Positions 39,690 through 52,529 of a DNA stretch of 64,000 bases are shown here, piece after piece. Source of the DNA: Carcharhinus amblyrhynchos (taxonomy: Eukaryota); NCBI GenBank assembly GCA_965287045.1, contig OZ336877.1, forward strand, positions 68,696,001-68,760,000, written 5' to 3'. A model generated the notes under the pieces. It was not told the DNA's origin and ran no database searches. It worked only from the letters and a program-made list of their open reading frames with translations. A program made the translations under genes and the position numbers. Positions within the stretch are counted from its first letter, which is position 1, and every line of letters begins with the position of its first letter.

Positions 39690-39900
39690 CATTGTACTAG
39701 GCAGCTAATGAGATTGGTCGTTAAGTAAATGACACAAAGCCTACAAAAAGCTTAGCAGCTCATTGGAGTATCACAGAGAGTCCCCATACGTTGCACGCGA
39801 CACATTGGAGTAACCTGGCCCACCCCTGTTTGTACTTCATCATTGGTTCCCTGGTGTCAGTTTTAGAAGCAGAACAAAGACTAAAAGGGAAATGGTAAGT
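39690..39900 (+). promoter_or_regulatory. Putative Pol II promoter with four reverse CCAAT boxes and first exon ending ATG|GTAAGT
   Basis: ATTGG at 39713, 39762, 39804 and 39842; CACCC at 39821; TGCACGC at 39792; gggaaATG (39892-94) immediately followed by consensus donor GTAAGT; locally higher GC, then a TE-free AT-rich intron-like stretch. Confidence 0.5.
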
Positions 39901-42900
39901 CAGTCTAACAATTGTACCCTGGAGAACAGAAGAGCAAATCCGCTTTCCCTTTAACTGAAGCTGAGTAGAGACTAGAGGAAAAGTAATAATTTATCACATG
40001 AAGGAAAAGTTACTTTATTCTTCAAAACAACCTAGACTTCCAAAAGAAAGACAATTTCTAATTTTCTGTATTGTTTTATTTATTACTGAAGTAAATACTT
40101 TTTCAGGAATTTTATTTTACAATTGACTATCATATTCATTAATTTGTCTAAATTTTTTTTTCATTACTGGCTACTGTTGCATCTATTTTTCAGACTGTAA
40201 GTTGAAAATGTGAATAAATAATCAGTGCACATTAACAGGATTGTTTTCAAGACATTTTCATTTTACTGTTATCGAATAACACCCAAAGAAGTTTTTGCAA
40301 AGATGCTTTTTTTGTGTTTATTTGGACCTTGCCAGTTCTGAGTTCTATACTAAGTCAGTCAAACTGATTTATTTTACAGATACTTGCTTTAACAATCATT
40401 CCTGTTAAACTAACCTCATTTTATAGCCTCAGATCTGTATTAGCTGACTTTATATTTAATATAGGACATAACTAAATTGATGAAATGTGTGATCTGGTAA
40501 TTATGGACAAGAAATAATATTTCTGGTCCTCCCTCTGTGCTTGTTGTTAAAATCATAACTTGTTAACATCAATAAAACACCTATGGTTCTATCATTGAAT
40601 GAACAGAGTGATGTGTTGACAGGACGTTGCACAGATGGCCCTGTTTGCATTACTATGAGTATGTTCCTTTCTCTATGCTGTAGATCCATGCAGTGGGATT
40701 TTGTTTAAAGATTATTTAGCATGGTCTTAGTAGTGAAACAAAAATCTATTGTTTATTGCTTGTAGTAAATATTACCTAGCTGCAATGTATTGCTCAACAA
40801 AATGGGAAATGTATTTCAAAATAATGGCTTATGTTGGCTGAGAGTTTTATTTAATTTTAAACACGCTGACAGAGTAAAACAAATAGTTGTTTAATCGCTG
40901 GTTTTGAACTAAGGCTGCGATAGTTTGACACTTTTGTGTATTAGCTGGATGCAGTCAGCTAGCACTTCTGACAATAATTTGATTCACGTCTTTAATGAAC
41001 TTGTTTTGTTAATTGCAAGGCAGAAGCACATTTGTTTTATTTATCACCTAGCAAAATGTACATAATGAAATCTCTGATATGCCACTGCAGCATACTTTCT
41101 TATTTACAGCACTGTTGTTGCAACAAATGTGATCAGCAAAGTAACTACCACAAGTCTGTTCTAACATTATAAGTATTATCTTCAGTAAGCTACGGTTTTA
41201 TGTTGCCCCCTTTCCCGCTGAATCACTTGTTCTTATCGATTCAGTACAAATTCACATTTTGCACAGCTTATGCATTAGAGTGTTGTTTTTTTATGCACAT
41301 AATTATAATCATGAGCCATCTGGTGATTTGGCAGGCTTTTCTAAATTGCAATGGAAAAAAAAATCCCAAACTAACCCTTACTGGCATAATATCGATTTTT
41401 CTTTCAACCACTGATATAGAAATTACTGTCTGCAGCTTGGTAATTTATTTTTCTGAGTTACATTGTCCAAAAAGAAATACTTGTTGCCCTTGGTTTGGAA
41501 GTCTACACTGTACTAATCCCCATTTCTTCATTTGCCACCTCTGCAACACAAGTGCAAACTATTGTACCTCTGAAACAATAACAAATAGTATAGGAAATAC
41601 ACAGTGGATCCATCAGCATAAAAAAGTGAAGAAAGGTTAGTTTTTCTGATGAAACCCCTGTTGTGTATCTGTTGTTTCTATAAACAGAAAATTGACATTT
41701 CTGCTTTTTGATGCGTGCAATGTTTGAAATTAAAATAGGCAGCCATCAAAAGTTTTGTTTATTGTTCTATTAATCTATTTACAAGGATTTTGTAGTGTTT
41801 AGTTTGAAAAAATATCATGCAGCCCTTTAAGAAAAGTATTTCATTAAGTTAGAAGAAATTTGAAACTCTTACTTAACTAATGATTTTGTTTTGTGCTTTT
41901 TGTCACAACAGTTCTGCCATGGTGACATGGAATTTGATTTTTAGACCCTGGCGATGCTAAAGCCAGTAGCAAAGTGGTAACATAAAATCTAATGAATCTT
42001 GCAGCTGAGATAGTGACATTATAGCACTGAGGCATGGAGTCCCCTCCCCCAAATCGTTTGGACTATAAAACCTAGCTGCAATTGAAAAACAACTTAGAGC
42101 CAAAGGGGGAAAAGAACAGATTAACCCTTTTTTTAAATAGTGCATCGAGAAATATTCATATAGAAGTTTACACTGCTGAATAATGAAAATGTTTACTTAC
42201 GAATAATACTTTTACCTATATATATAAATATGGAGCATTACACTATTAAATATGTTTTTGGACTATAACAGTAGTTGTCTTTGTTCATGGCTAATATCAG
42301 TGAGCAGTAGCCAGAGCCACAGATGAACAAAGTGAAGTTGTGTAATGACTGGAACAGCTGACTCATTAGGAGAGAGCAGCAAAAGGTAATTAACCCTGGG
42401 AAAAGTACAGCTGCCATGCGAGCTCCCCGTTTTTGTGAGACCTGATTAGGAATTAGTGTTAAATCAGTGATTCTTCTCCAAAATGGCATTGATAATTCAG
42501 TATCACCATCAGGTGCAGGCAGAAAAAAAGCAGTGGGTTGATCACATTTACATACAGATCTCTACTACAGTACTAGTGGGAATTTAGCACTTAAAACAAA
42601 CCTGTTTCGCGTTTCCTTCCATCCAAGTCTATTTGGGTTCCATTAGAGGACTGCAATATTCAACTCAAATATCTGAATCCTACTTCTGCAGTTTTCATCA
42701 TATCAGGGCAGCATTACAATGTTAAGACATGGAATACATTGTGCTTTAGGTGAAAAAAACTTTGCTTTTGTTTTATAATGAAGTAGGGCCATTGGAAGCT
42801 ACTTTCTGAATGGTTAATGTGGTGTTTGCCAGCATCCTTTTGTTGACTAGAAGATTCAAACAAATGTAACCACGTCTATGCAAAGTCACAAACTTCTCTT

Positions 42901-43420
42901 CTGAGTTGATGCTGCTGCAGTAACGGTGTACAACATGATGCATGGTATAAGATGCTAGAAATGACCCAAACAGTCTTGCATTAAATTTGAACCGTTAAGT
43001 TTACTAATCCCACCTCTACCTCAGAAGCAAAGATTTGGTCCTGCTCCAAGTTACCATTTTGAAAAAAAAAGTAGATGAAATCATGCAGGTTTTGATTTTT
43101 CCTCAATACTGCCAAACTGCCCAAGTTTTCATGAATATAGATATTGGGCCCATTCCGAGGAGATGCTATTGTTTTGCTGTGATTGGATAGTGACCAGATA
43201 TTTAAAACTGAATCCTATTTGTCATTTGTGAGTTGGCAGGGGCAGTGAGTCACGGTTGCAGAGTATATCAAATAATCCTACTTCATATTCATTTTGTGTC
43301 GCCGATTCAGCGTTAACATTCGTATCATTTTGCAGGGAAATTTCCCATCAATACCTGAGAATGTTGGGAAGGAAATAGTTTGCACAATGTAACTATTGTG
43401 CCCACTTCCACCCTTTTACA

Positions 43421-43697
43421 TTTATTTATTAGTGTCACAAATAGGCTCACATTAACACTGCAATGAAGTTACTATGAAAATCCCCTAGTTGCCACACTCT
43501 GTTTGGGTACACTGAGGGAAAATTTAGCACGGCCAGTGCATCTAACCAGCACGTCTTTCGGATTGTGAGAGGAAACCCATTCATACAGAGGGGCAATGTG
43601 CAAACTCCGCTCAGGCAGCAAACCAAGCTGGGAATCAAACCCGAGGCCCTGGCGCTGTGAGGCAGCAATGCTAACCACTGTGCCGCTGCGTCACCCC
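43421..43697 (-). mobile_element. V-SINE (HE1-related) with alternative 3' tail
   Basis: cagtggttagcattgctgcctcacagcgccagg head; tail ctaggggattttca...ttcattgcagtgttaatg...tgtgacactaataaataaa. Confidence 0.9.
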
Positions 43698-43705
43698 AAA
43701 GTCTA

Positions 43706-43769
43706 TGGACTTTCCAGTGATTGAACCCGGGACCTCATACATGCGAAACCTACCACAGAACTACATCCC
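43706..43769 (-). pseudogene. tRNA-Ala(CGC) pseudogene
   Basis: Minus strand gggatgtagttctgtggtag-gtttCGCatgtatgaggtcccgggttcaatcactggaaagtcca resembles vertebrate tRNA-Ala-CGC with about 7 nt missing between the D arm and anticodon stem, and a mismatched acceptor stem. Confidence 0.8.
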
Positions 43770-44659
43770 TTCCTTATGTGTGAATAGGATGTTTTGTGAT
43801 ATCAATATTTAAACTGTTAATGTATTAATATCAATTTGTTTTGTTCACCATTTCAAAAAATAAACAGAAATTTGTTAAATTAGCAGACAGAGGAATTTTA
43901 TTTGAACACATTAATAAGTTTGTTGCTAATATCACACAGTACAGTGTTAATTAGTTTCTGTTAAATAAACTTGAGTTCACAGTACCTGTGCACTACATGA
44001 ATCCCATTCTCTCTCTGCACCCACCATAGTAAAGTGCAAAATAAATATGCCATGTGAAGTAATAAACGGGGAGCACCATAAGGTAATTTATTAAATACAT
44101 TGCGAAATGTCACTTGCTATTGTCATGGCTTACTGTTTTATTAAAGAAAGAAAGGTGGGTACAAAGTCGGAAAGAACACAAGAGATGAGGTGAATCAGGA
44201 CTTCGGGATTAGTTGACCCATAAGAAGATTCAGGGATGTAAGAAAGTTCACAGTTTTGAAGCAATAGAAAGAATAAATTACAGTCGGAGACCATACTGTA
44301 AGATTTGCTTTCAACACAATGAAGAACGTTTTATTTCTAATTTTGAAGAATCAAGAGAGGAAAGTTTGAAGGAGGGCTGGCCATGTTAGTAAAAGAAACA
44401 TAGACAAGAAACGTCTTGCCGGATGGAGGGAGGTTGAGGGCAGAAAGTGAAAGCTGACAGGGTATTCTTTGATATATTTTTTCTTGTCTGTGTCCGATAA
44501 TACGCCATTCCGCCCAAGCAGTGCTGGATGGTGAGATGCCCGGTTTGAGGATGCAGGCCATGACCTGGAACAAGGTAACAGCCAGCAATTTAAAGGGTAC
44601 CCAGCACAGAAAAGTGGCAGTGACCATTAGGTTATCAATTGTGTGTATCTACTATACAT

Positions 44660-45036
44660 AGTCCTTGCTATAGAGGGAGTACAGCAGAGGTTTACCAGGC
44701 TGATTCCTGGGATGGCAGGTCTGTTATATAAGGAGAAACGAAGTTGGTTAGGATTATATTCATTGAAGTTTAGAAGTGTGAGAGGGGATCTCATAGAAAC
44801 TTATAAAATTCTAACAGGATTAGACAGGGTAGATTCAGAAAGAATGTTCCTGATGGTGGGGGAGTCCCGAACTCGGGGTCATTAGATTAGATATAGCTCT
44901 TGGTGCTAAAGGGATCCAGGGATATGGAGGAAAGCGGGATCAGGATATTGATTTTGTTGATCAGCCATGACCAAAATGAATGGTGGAGTAAGCTCGAAGG
45001 GCCGAATGGCTGACTCCTCTATTTTCTATGTTTCTA
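44660..45036 (+). mobile_element. CR1 LINE 3' fragment with internal deletion
   Basis: LAIEGVQQRFTRLIPGMAGL..LGLYSL..RGDLIETYKILTGLDRVD..ESRTRGH then jumps to the 3' UTR. Confidence 0.9.
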
Positions 45037-45239
45037 CAATGAAGATTTGTGCTTTTTCCAGTCTGGCTAGGTGGGTTAATTTAAATGTTAGCTAATATCT
45101 ACCAACCATTGTCAATCTTCACAAGTGACATAAATTTTAAAAATCTGCAAGTCTCCCACCTTCTAGCATTGAGGGGTTGTATATTTATTATTATTACGTA
45201 TTTCCACGTGTGGATGTCTGTGCCATCGGAGCGAGGGGA

Positions 45240-46860
45240 GAGGTGTTCTAGAAAAGGAAAACCTGCCCACAGATTCAGTGTGGCCACTATTGGTGCCCTC
45301 CTCTGTGGAGTATATGATCAACATGACCAGTTCCTAGAGCACTCGGAACAGGAGGGACAAGAGTTCACCGAATCCCTTTTCTAGCAGAGGCAAGACTAAC
45401 TATTGAAACCTTTGCCATTTTCAGGCATTCCTTGTGTCACAGCCAGCTACTCGATCACTGCCAGGGCCATCAGCAGGAGCAATGATGTGGCCCCTCAACT
45501 CATCAGTGTTTGTGTCCTGAGATTTTGGCTGCTATCTGCCACGTCACCATCTCCAGTGCATCTCCTCTTTGGATACAGTGTTATGGAATGGGCAGAAATC
45601 TATGACCATCGAGGACACAGGTGAGGGGGAGTAATGTAATGCCCCTTCGTATCTGTCCAGGCATAGGAACCACAGCTGCCCCACTAGGGCCCTGGACCTG
45701 CATCAGGTCCAGGCTGACTTAACAGGTGTCAATAGCTACCTTTCAGTAGATAGCCCATATTACTTAGTAGCCATTCCTCTAAGAAATCTGGGCCAGTGCA
45801 CAGGTCTGGACTTTGTGAGTCCCTAACGTTGTTAGGACTGCTGCCTGGGTACCTGGCACACATCTGCGTGACCTGCACACCAGCTGCACATTGACTAGTG
45901 GAAGTCCTTCCTGCTGATGAAGGTGTGTGGCCATCCAACTGAGCCCTTAATATCTAAATGCATGCAAGCAATGGCTCCCTGCAACCTGGGGAAACCTGCA
46001 ATCACTGCAAATCACCAGGTCTATCCACCTGGCTTTGGACATCCTGCATGAAGGAGACGTAATTCCCAGATTCTTGTAACATTGCATTTGTCAACACCTT
46101 GTTGCAATAGCATGCTGCAGGCTGTGTTATCCATTGATGTCACAATGAGACTGCTGCAGAGAAGCGCCACTGTCACCTTTGATGTATCATGCATCATCAG
46201 GTGACCCTTAAGACAGTTGGATAAGATTTGCCCTGTGAGCATCTCACGTAGTGGTGTCACAGCCACTCTTGATAGCTAAGGATTAAATTTTTCTGTCCTA
46301 CCCACCACAGGAATCGTAGTGGATGGGACAGAAAATTTGGTGGAACATGTAAAGGTCCATTGACTTCAGATAGGAATTTCACGCCTTGGGGCGAGTGTGG
46401 CCGGAAAATCCTGCCCGAGACTTTTACATTAAGTTTCACTGAGTTGCAGGGAGGTGAATTGCGGCCTTTGAAGTGACGTAAGTTAATCTGTGCCTCCGTT
46501 GAGGTTTTCTGGACTCCTGAAGACAATCATGGTGTGGCATTGCTCTATCTCCTTCTTGAGGAGCCACAGCTATCTGAGCCTTCCTGTGTTCCCTTCTTCT
46601 TCTCCCTCTTTGTCTCTTCCTCCTGATCCTTTTCTCCTTCTCACTAGAGATTGTGTCGCCATCTAACACCATAATTATCATCTGTCTCCAAAGGTTTTCA
46701 CCCCTTATCCCTGGGTTATAGCCAGGAGCATGTTCAATGAACAATCAAAAGACTCCTCTGAATTCAAGGAGAATCAAACTCATGGAAAAAATATCCAAAG
46801 CATCACTCTGCCCACTCAAATCAGCAGTCCCTGCAGCCATAGAGTTTGAATTGCAAAGCT
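45240..46860 (-). pseudogene. Harbinger DDE transposase pseudogene
   Basis: SKVTVAL; AVIAGFPRLQGAIACMHLDIKG; QMCARYPGSS; WLLSNMGYLL; basic RRRR N-terminal stretch at about 46560-46640. Confidence 0.85.
46279..46416. mobile_element. Short MITE (same family as 51691-51815)
   Basis: Shared ccacaggaatcgtagtgg...aaaggtc..ttgac...ggcgag..ggaaaatcctg; interrupts the transposase relic. Confidence 0.75.
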
Positions 46861-47079
46861 GAGACTCTGGTGTCAGCTGTATTTTTAAAACCTGCCCAAA
46901 CATGTTTGCCTTTAAAAAAATTGATTCTCCATCTTTTGTATTCTCACCCTGAAAACGTATTATTGCCTTCTGTCTCTATTATTGAAGATAAATAGATAGT
47001 TAATTAGCTCAATTACCTTTCAAATATCTCTTTCAATAACATGGGCCAGTTCCCAACTTTTTGACTCACCCACATGCCA

Positions 47080-47542
47080 TATTTGATTTGATTTGATTTA
47101 TTGTTGTCGCATGTATATAGTGAAAAGTATTGTTTCCTGCGCTATACAGACAAAGCATACTGTTCATAGAGGAGGAAGTGAGAGAGTGCAGAATGTAGTG
47201 TTACAGTCATAGCTGGGGTGTAGAGAAAGATCAACTTAATGCAAGGTAGGTCTATTCAAGAGTTTGATGGCAGCAGGGAAGAAGCAGTTCTTGAGTCGGT
47301 ATGTGACCTCAAATTTTTGTATTTTTTTCCCAATGGGAGAAGATGGAAGAGAGAACATTCAGGGCACGGTTGGTCCTTAATTATGCTGGCTGCCTTGCTG
47401 AGGCAGCAGGAAGTGTAGACAGAGTCAATGGATGGGAGGCTGGTTTGCATGATGGATTGGGCTACATTCATGACCTTTTGTCGTTTCTCGCGGTTTTGGG
47501 CAGAGTAGAAGCTATATCAAACTGTGATACAACCAGAATGAA
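47080..47542 (-). mobile_element. Rex1/Babar LINE 3' end
   Basis: (atttg)n tail; VMNVAQSIMQTSLPSIDSVYTSCCLSKAASIIKD; homologous to 15290-15706. Confidence 0.9.
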
Positions 47543-47814
47543 TGATGACATCCTAAATAGCACCCAGCGTCATCACACATCATAATACAAGGCAGGGAAT
47601 GCTCCTGATCGTGGAGTGTATTATTCAGTCCACTATTGTTACTGTTGGTAGTGCTGCATTTGTTTTATGCCAATATCTGCATTTCCGCATCGATAAATAA
47701 ACACCACAGCAAATTATGGCACAATTTCCCATTAGCAGGATTAGTGGTGAATCAGGTGTAAGTGCCATCCCAGAGATTCCAGATGTAAATTTAAAAATAT
47801 TCCAACCATACTTA

Positions 47815-48154
47815 GGGCAATGCAGTGACACAGTGGTTTGCACTGCTGCCTCACAGAGCCAAGGAGCCAGGTTCAATTCAGGAGTTAGATGACTGTATGT
47901 GTGGAGTCTGCACATTCTCCCCAAGCTCTATGGCTGCAGGGACTGCTGATTTGAGTGGGCAGAGTGACACTTTGGATATTTTTTCCATGAGTTTGATTCT
48001 CCTTGCATGGGTATCCTCCAGGTGCTCCGGTTTCCTCCCACAGTCCAAAGAAGTGTGTGTTAGGTTGATTAGCCATGCTAAATTGCCCCTTAGCATCACG
48101 GGATTGGCAGGATAAAGGGGATAGGGATTGGGTAAAATTGTAGGGATTCTATGA
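47815..48154 (+). mobile_element. HE1-type V-SINE carrying an 84-bp inverted local insert
   Basis: gggcaatgcagtgacacagtggtttgcactgctgcctcacag...ctcccc[insert]tgcatgggtatcctccaggtgctccggtttcctcccacagtccaaag. Confidence 0.9.
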
Positions 48155-51034
48155 TACTGCTCAAAGTCACTTCAGTTGATTTTCCATTTGCTTCGGAAGA
48201 GAACATAGGCATCTTTAGAGTTTAGTCAAGTACAACCCTGCCCACAGAGCATTGGTAAACTCTCTTATCCTATCCATCAGGGCATTAACATACAATGGAT
48301 GTCATTCTTTCAAGGGTTATTGTCCTATGACCTGGGATTTCATTATCAGTTTGATGAAGACAACTTGGCTTTGAAATGAGACTCTGAAGAGCCATTGGTG
48401 CCAGAGCAGCGGAAACCCCAGACTCAGAAAATGCCGATCAGAATACTTTCCACCTCTTATACACAGCCCATGTGGTGTGTCCTGACTGACAGGGAACTAG
48501 TGCAGGCGTGCATACACCAGCAGCATGCAGAGAGAGTTGATAATGATGCCAAACAGACTCCAACACTGATTTGGCACATATTCCCTCTCAAACACTCCCA
48601 GCTGAACACACATTCAGCTGCCTGAGAGACCACCCCTCCAACCCATGCCTACAAGCGTTTTTAAAATGATTAACCTCCCAACTTCTCCACTTACTTTTGC
48701 TTGGTACAAAATTGGTGGAAGCACTATGTACTGTGTGTCCAGAATGGGTTTTGCAATTTTTAAAATTATTTTCAAGTGCTGAGTTTTGACAGGGAGTTCG
48801 GAGGATTTATCTGACTGATCAACAGAAAGTCTGCTACTGTACTGGGGGCTATACTTGCAAACTGACGCGGGCTGCACCATGACTTGGAAATGGAGTCCCA
48901 TGTACAAGGGGAGGAGGAAGAGAATGAAGAATAGGAGGAGTTAGAGGAAAAAGTAGCAGGAGTTAGGAGACCTCTTCACTCTGGATGAACTGAAGTGAGC
49001 AGACACACAGGGCCAGCTTTTCACTTCCAAGGCAGGTAGCTTGAGCTGGGGAACTTTCAGACTTGATGGTCCTGCTTTGGGAAAAAGTGTCCCAAATGGC
49101 ATAACATTTGTTAGTGGGAAAATATTGTTTTGTTCAATATTGAGCCCACTTGCTCTCAAATCTCTCCTGCACACTCTCCATACCCCAGTTATGCCAAATC
49201 ATGCTCGCCACCCCGTGTCCATGGACCTCATTCCTCTATGCCAACTCTTGCCTACCCCAACCACCCCTGTGGGCTCTCATACCCTCAATGCCAATTCATA
49301 CCCCCCCCCCCCCATGAGTTCTCACATTCTCCATGCTAGCTCAAGCTCCCAAACCCACCCCATGGGCCCTCATAACCTCCATATAAAACCTAATACCAGC
49401 TCATGGTAACTCATGCCCCAACTCACCATACATTCCCCTCACATCATTCATACCAACTCACTTAGTATCCACTATGGGCAGATCTCTTGAGCCAGATTGA
49501 GATGAAATCTAATAAACATTTAAGTATCTATTGCAACCTTTGCTGTAATAAAAACAACCCTGCTGTTCATGAAAGTCCATTTAAAACTTTAAAAACCATC
49601 AAGTACTTAATCTTTATCAAAGTAACAAGGCTTGAATTCATGAGCCAACATCATAGACAGCTAATGTTTTAATAACCTTTTGCGTTGTCAATTGTAACTG
49701 CTATAACAGGTTTTTTTAACAGCTTTCAGTGATACGGGTAGGCATTTTTTGAAAATGTTCAAAGTGCTGGGAGTTTAGGTAACTTTGTAGCTTGAGCTTT
49801 ATCAACTCTCATTAGCATAGGCAGACTGTTTCTTCAAATTAAAGGGATGGGATTTAAATAACTAGTGTTTGTCAATTCTACATGCCCTGCCCATCATGAA
49901 TATTTACATGTTTTTCATAAATTTGTGACTCCCCCTTGGCGGGTTAAGGCTCTTGCTAAAGTGAAAATGAAGGCTGTTTGAATTCAACACTGAATTCGAA
50001 TGATCCTGTTGAGATTTAGTTTCCCATGAGTAATGCCCTGCCCCTTACCTCTCCGGGATCCGTTGTAAGTGGGGTGGGACATGCACCATTTTTAAAGGTG
50101 CGCAGAGTTTCCATGACTCCAAAAAAATAGAGTCTTTAGTTTCTGGTTTCCCTGCAATACCATCACAGCTTTTCCACAATTCCTCACCTTTCGATCTATT
50201 AAAGGATTTTCGTCAAAATCCTGAACTAATGGCCACCAAAGAAAAATTCCATTATAATTTTATTGAACAACAATTCCAATAAAACTTAACTGTTCAGGCT
50301 AGTGAATTTTATTATTGTCTATCTGCCAAGTTTCTTTCCATTCCTAATGCTTCTTCTCAGTGTGACCCTAATGGATGTAGCTGGCTGGTGGAAGACTGCT
50401 GAATTGCTCTGGGGGAGATTGCAGATGGTCTTACAGGATGGTCTCAAGCTCTCTTGGCCTTAGGGACCTGACCTTAGACTGCTCCACCATGGCATGGATG
50501 TTAACAATCTGGCTTGACTGAGAGGCAACAGTAAGGGCATTGCTGGAGTGGCAATGGTGGCAGCATGAATGTTGTCACCCTGAGAAAGGATAGGATAGCA
50601 CCATAGGTATGTAAACCACAGAGGTACAGCCAGCCCTCATATAAGTGTCTCAGCAATCTTAGTGATCTGTTGGAGGACAGGTTAATGGGACACTGTGAAA
50701 AGCCTCCACTCTTCCCTGAACATTGATATCCACAGCCACAATGTCAACAGTCTGATCCTGCATACCATCAAACGTGGTTCTCATGACTGCAGTCTGCATC
50801 TCTGTAACACCAAGAGGTACGACGGATTCTATCTGTGTTACAATAGAAGATGTGACAGTAGCCCCCAGAAACTGCATCACAGGTGCAAGTGCTGTCATGG
50901 AGTTGGCCATCACTTCCAACTGGATTAAGGTGAGGTGGTGTTTGAGAAAAGGCAACACATCTGAGAGGATGTAATGGCCTCAGTTCGCAGTTAGCCCAAT
51001 GATGCAGAGCACTGTCTCCTCAAGATGAGTTAAA

Positions 51035-51318
51035 AAGTTTATTTATTAGTCACAAGTAGAATTACATTAACACTGCAATGAAGTTAGTGTGGGAATCCCC
51101 TAGTTGCCATACTCCAGCACTTGTTTGGGTACACTGAAGGAGAACTTAGCATGGCCAATGAACCTAACCAGCATTTTTTTTGGATTGTGAGAGGAAATCA
51201 GAGCACCTGAAGGAAACCCACGCAGACACGGGGAAAGCGTGTGGACTCCACACAGACAGTGACCCAAGCCAGGAATCAAACCCGGGTCCCTGGTGCTGTG
51301 AGGCAGCAGTGCTAACCA
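51035..51318 (-). mobile_element. V-SINE with alternative 3' tail
   Basis: Same head and tail as 43421-43697. Confidence 0.9.
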
Positions 51319-51690
51319 TGACCAAGCCAATGCAGCCATTCTTGGTTTTCACCTTCTGATTCCTTTGGTTTTGGCCACCTTGATCTACAGAACAGAGAGA
51401 TGAATATCAGTGAGAATAGTGTGTGTTTGGGTGAAGCGCCTGCTATCGCTGAAGGTATACAAAAGCTGAACAAGGTGGTTGGAAGAGTAGTAACATTGAT
51501 ATTTGTGTGAGGGTGTGGCAAGCTATCCATTGATCTTGAGTATTGATTGTTGATTGGTGAGTCATGTAGCAATGGTAGCATTGAGATTGAGAGATGTTGG
51601 TGGATTCCTGAGTAGGAGATATCATTTGAAGGTGCATTCACTGACCTTCATGAGATCACTGAACTTCATTGGCACCGCAGCAATGTCTGT

Positions 51691-51815
51691 GGGTGGAATA
51701 TTCCCAACCCACCTGCCACAGGAATCGTAGTGGTTGGACATGGATCATGCAAAGGTCTGTTGACCTCGGGCGGAACTTTCCAGTTTTGGGCGAGCGCGGC
51801 TGGAAAATCCTGTCC
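51691..51815. mobile_element. Short MITE
   Basis: gggtggaatattcc / ggaaaatcctgtcc; same family as 46279-46416. Confidence 0.75.
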
Positions 51816-52211
51816 TTTTGATCCTAACTCTGGGAATTAACTATCCTAGCCACTTGTCCCCACTCTTTTCTCAGGCTCCGCTGTGAAGTCTGCTGGCTGT
51901 TATAAAAACATAGCATCTCTCATTCTCCTACCTTCATCACCAGTGCCTCCAGCACCACATAAGGGAACCTTCTCTCTTGCTTGTCTCTTCATTTGTTGTG
52001 TGTTTCCTGCCAGTTCACCAGAGAGAACTACAGCAGTTCTTGTTGCATGAGTGCAGCTCTCCTTGAGGAGGGAGGATGGTTTTTAAGAGGTCCAGGTTGC
52101 TTGTGCTTTGTGCTGGCTATGTGCACAGTTGGACCCCTCCTGTTAATTGCAAAACATTTCACATTGAAAGCATTGAGATGTGGAGGCAACGCAAAGTTTC
52201 CTTGAAAAGAA

Positions 52212-52300
52212 AAATCTTCAGGGTCACAGGAAGAAGGGAGGTGAAATGGTCATTCAGAGAGTCAGTGCAGACACAGTGGGCTGAATGGCCTCCTTCTGTG
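52212..52300 (+). mobile_element. CR1-type 3' tail fragment
   Basis: tcagagagtcagtgcagacacagtgggctgaatggcctccttctgtgctg. Confidence 0.65.
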
Positions 52301-52529
52301 CTGCAAGAATGCTGTGACTTTTTGCATTGCCTGTCTCAACAAGACTGGCGCAAGGTACTTGTTCATCACAATCCCCACACCCAAACATTATTTATTTTAT
52401 GCCTCTTATGTTTCTTTAACAGTTCTAAACTAGAAAAGGATTCAAAGTAGCTTCATAGTTTGATTTCAGACTAGGGCCAGATGAGGAGGGAAGTTAAGGA
52501 ATGTGACCAAAGTCAAGAAGGAAGATGTG

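Larger units (their letters stand above)
50250..52000 (-). pseudogene. Harbinger Myb/SANT gene relic
   Basis: 51640-51980 (-) VVLEALVMKV...GQVARIVNSQ; 50650-50950 (-) similar to the C-terminal part of the Myb relic at 29250-29460 (AIVAVDINVQ). Confidence 0.6.

Noticed and set aside
43706-43769. Functional tRNA-Ala
   Set aside because: Deletion removes the 3' D-stem and part of the anticodon stem, and the acceptor stem is mismatched
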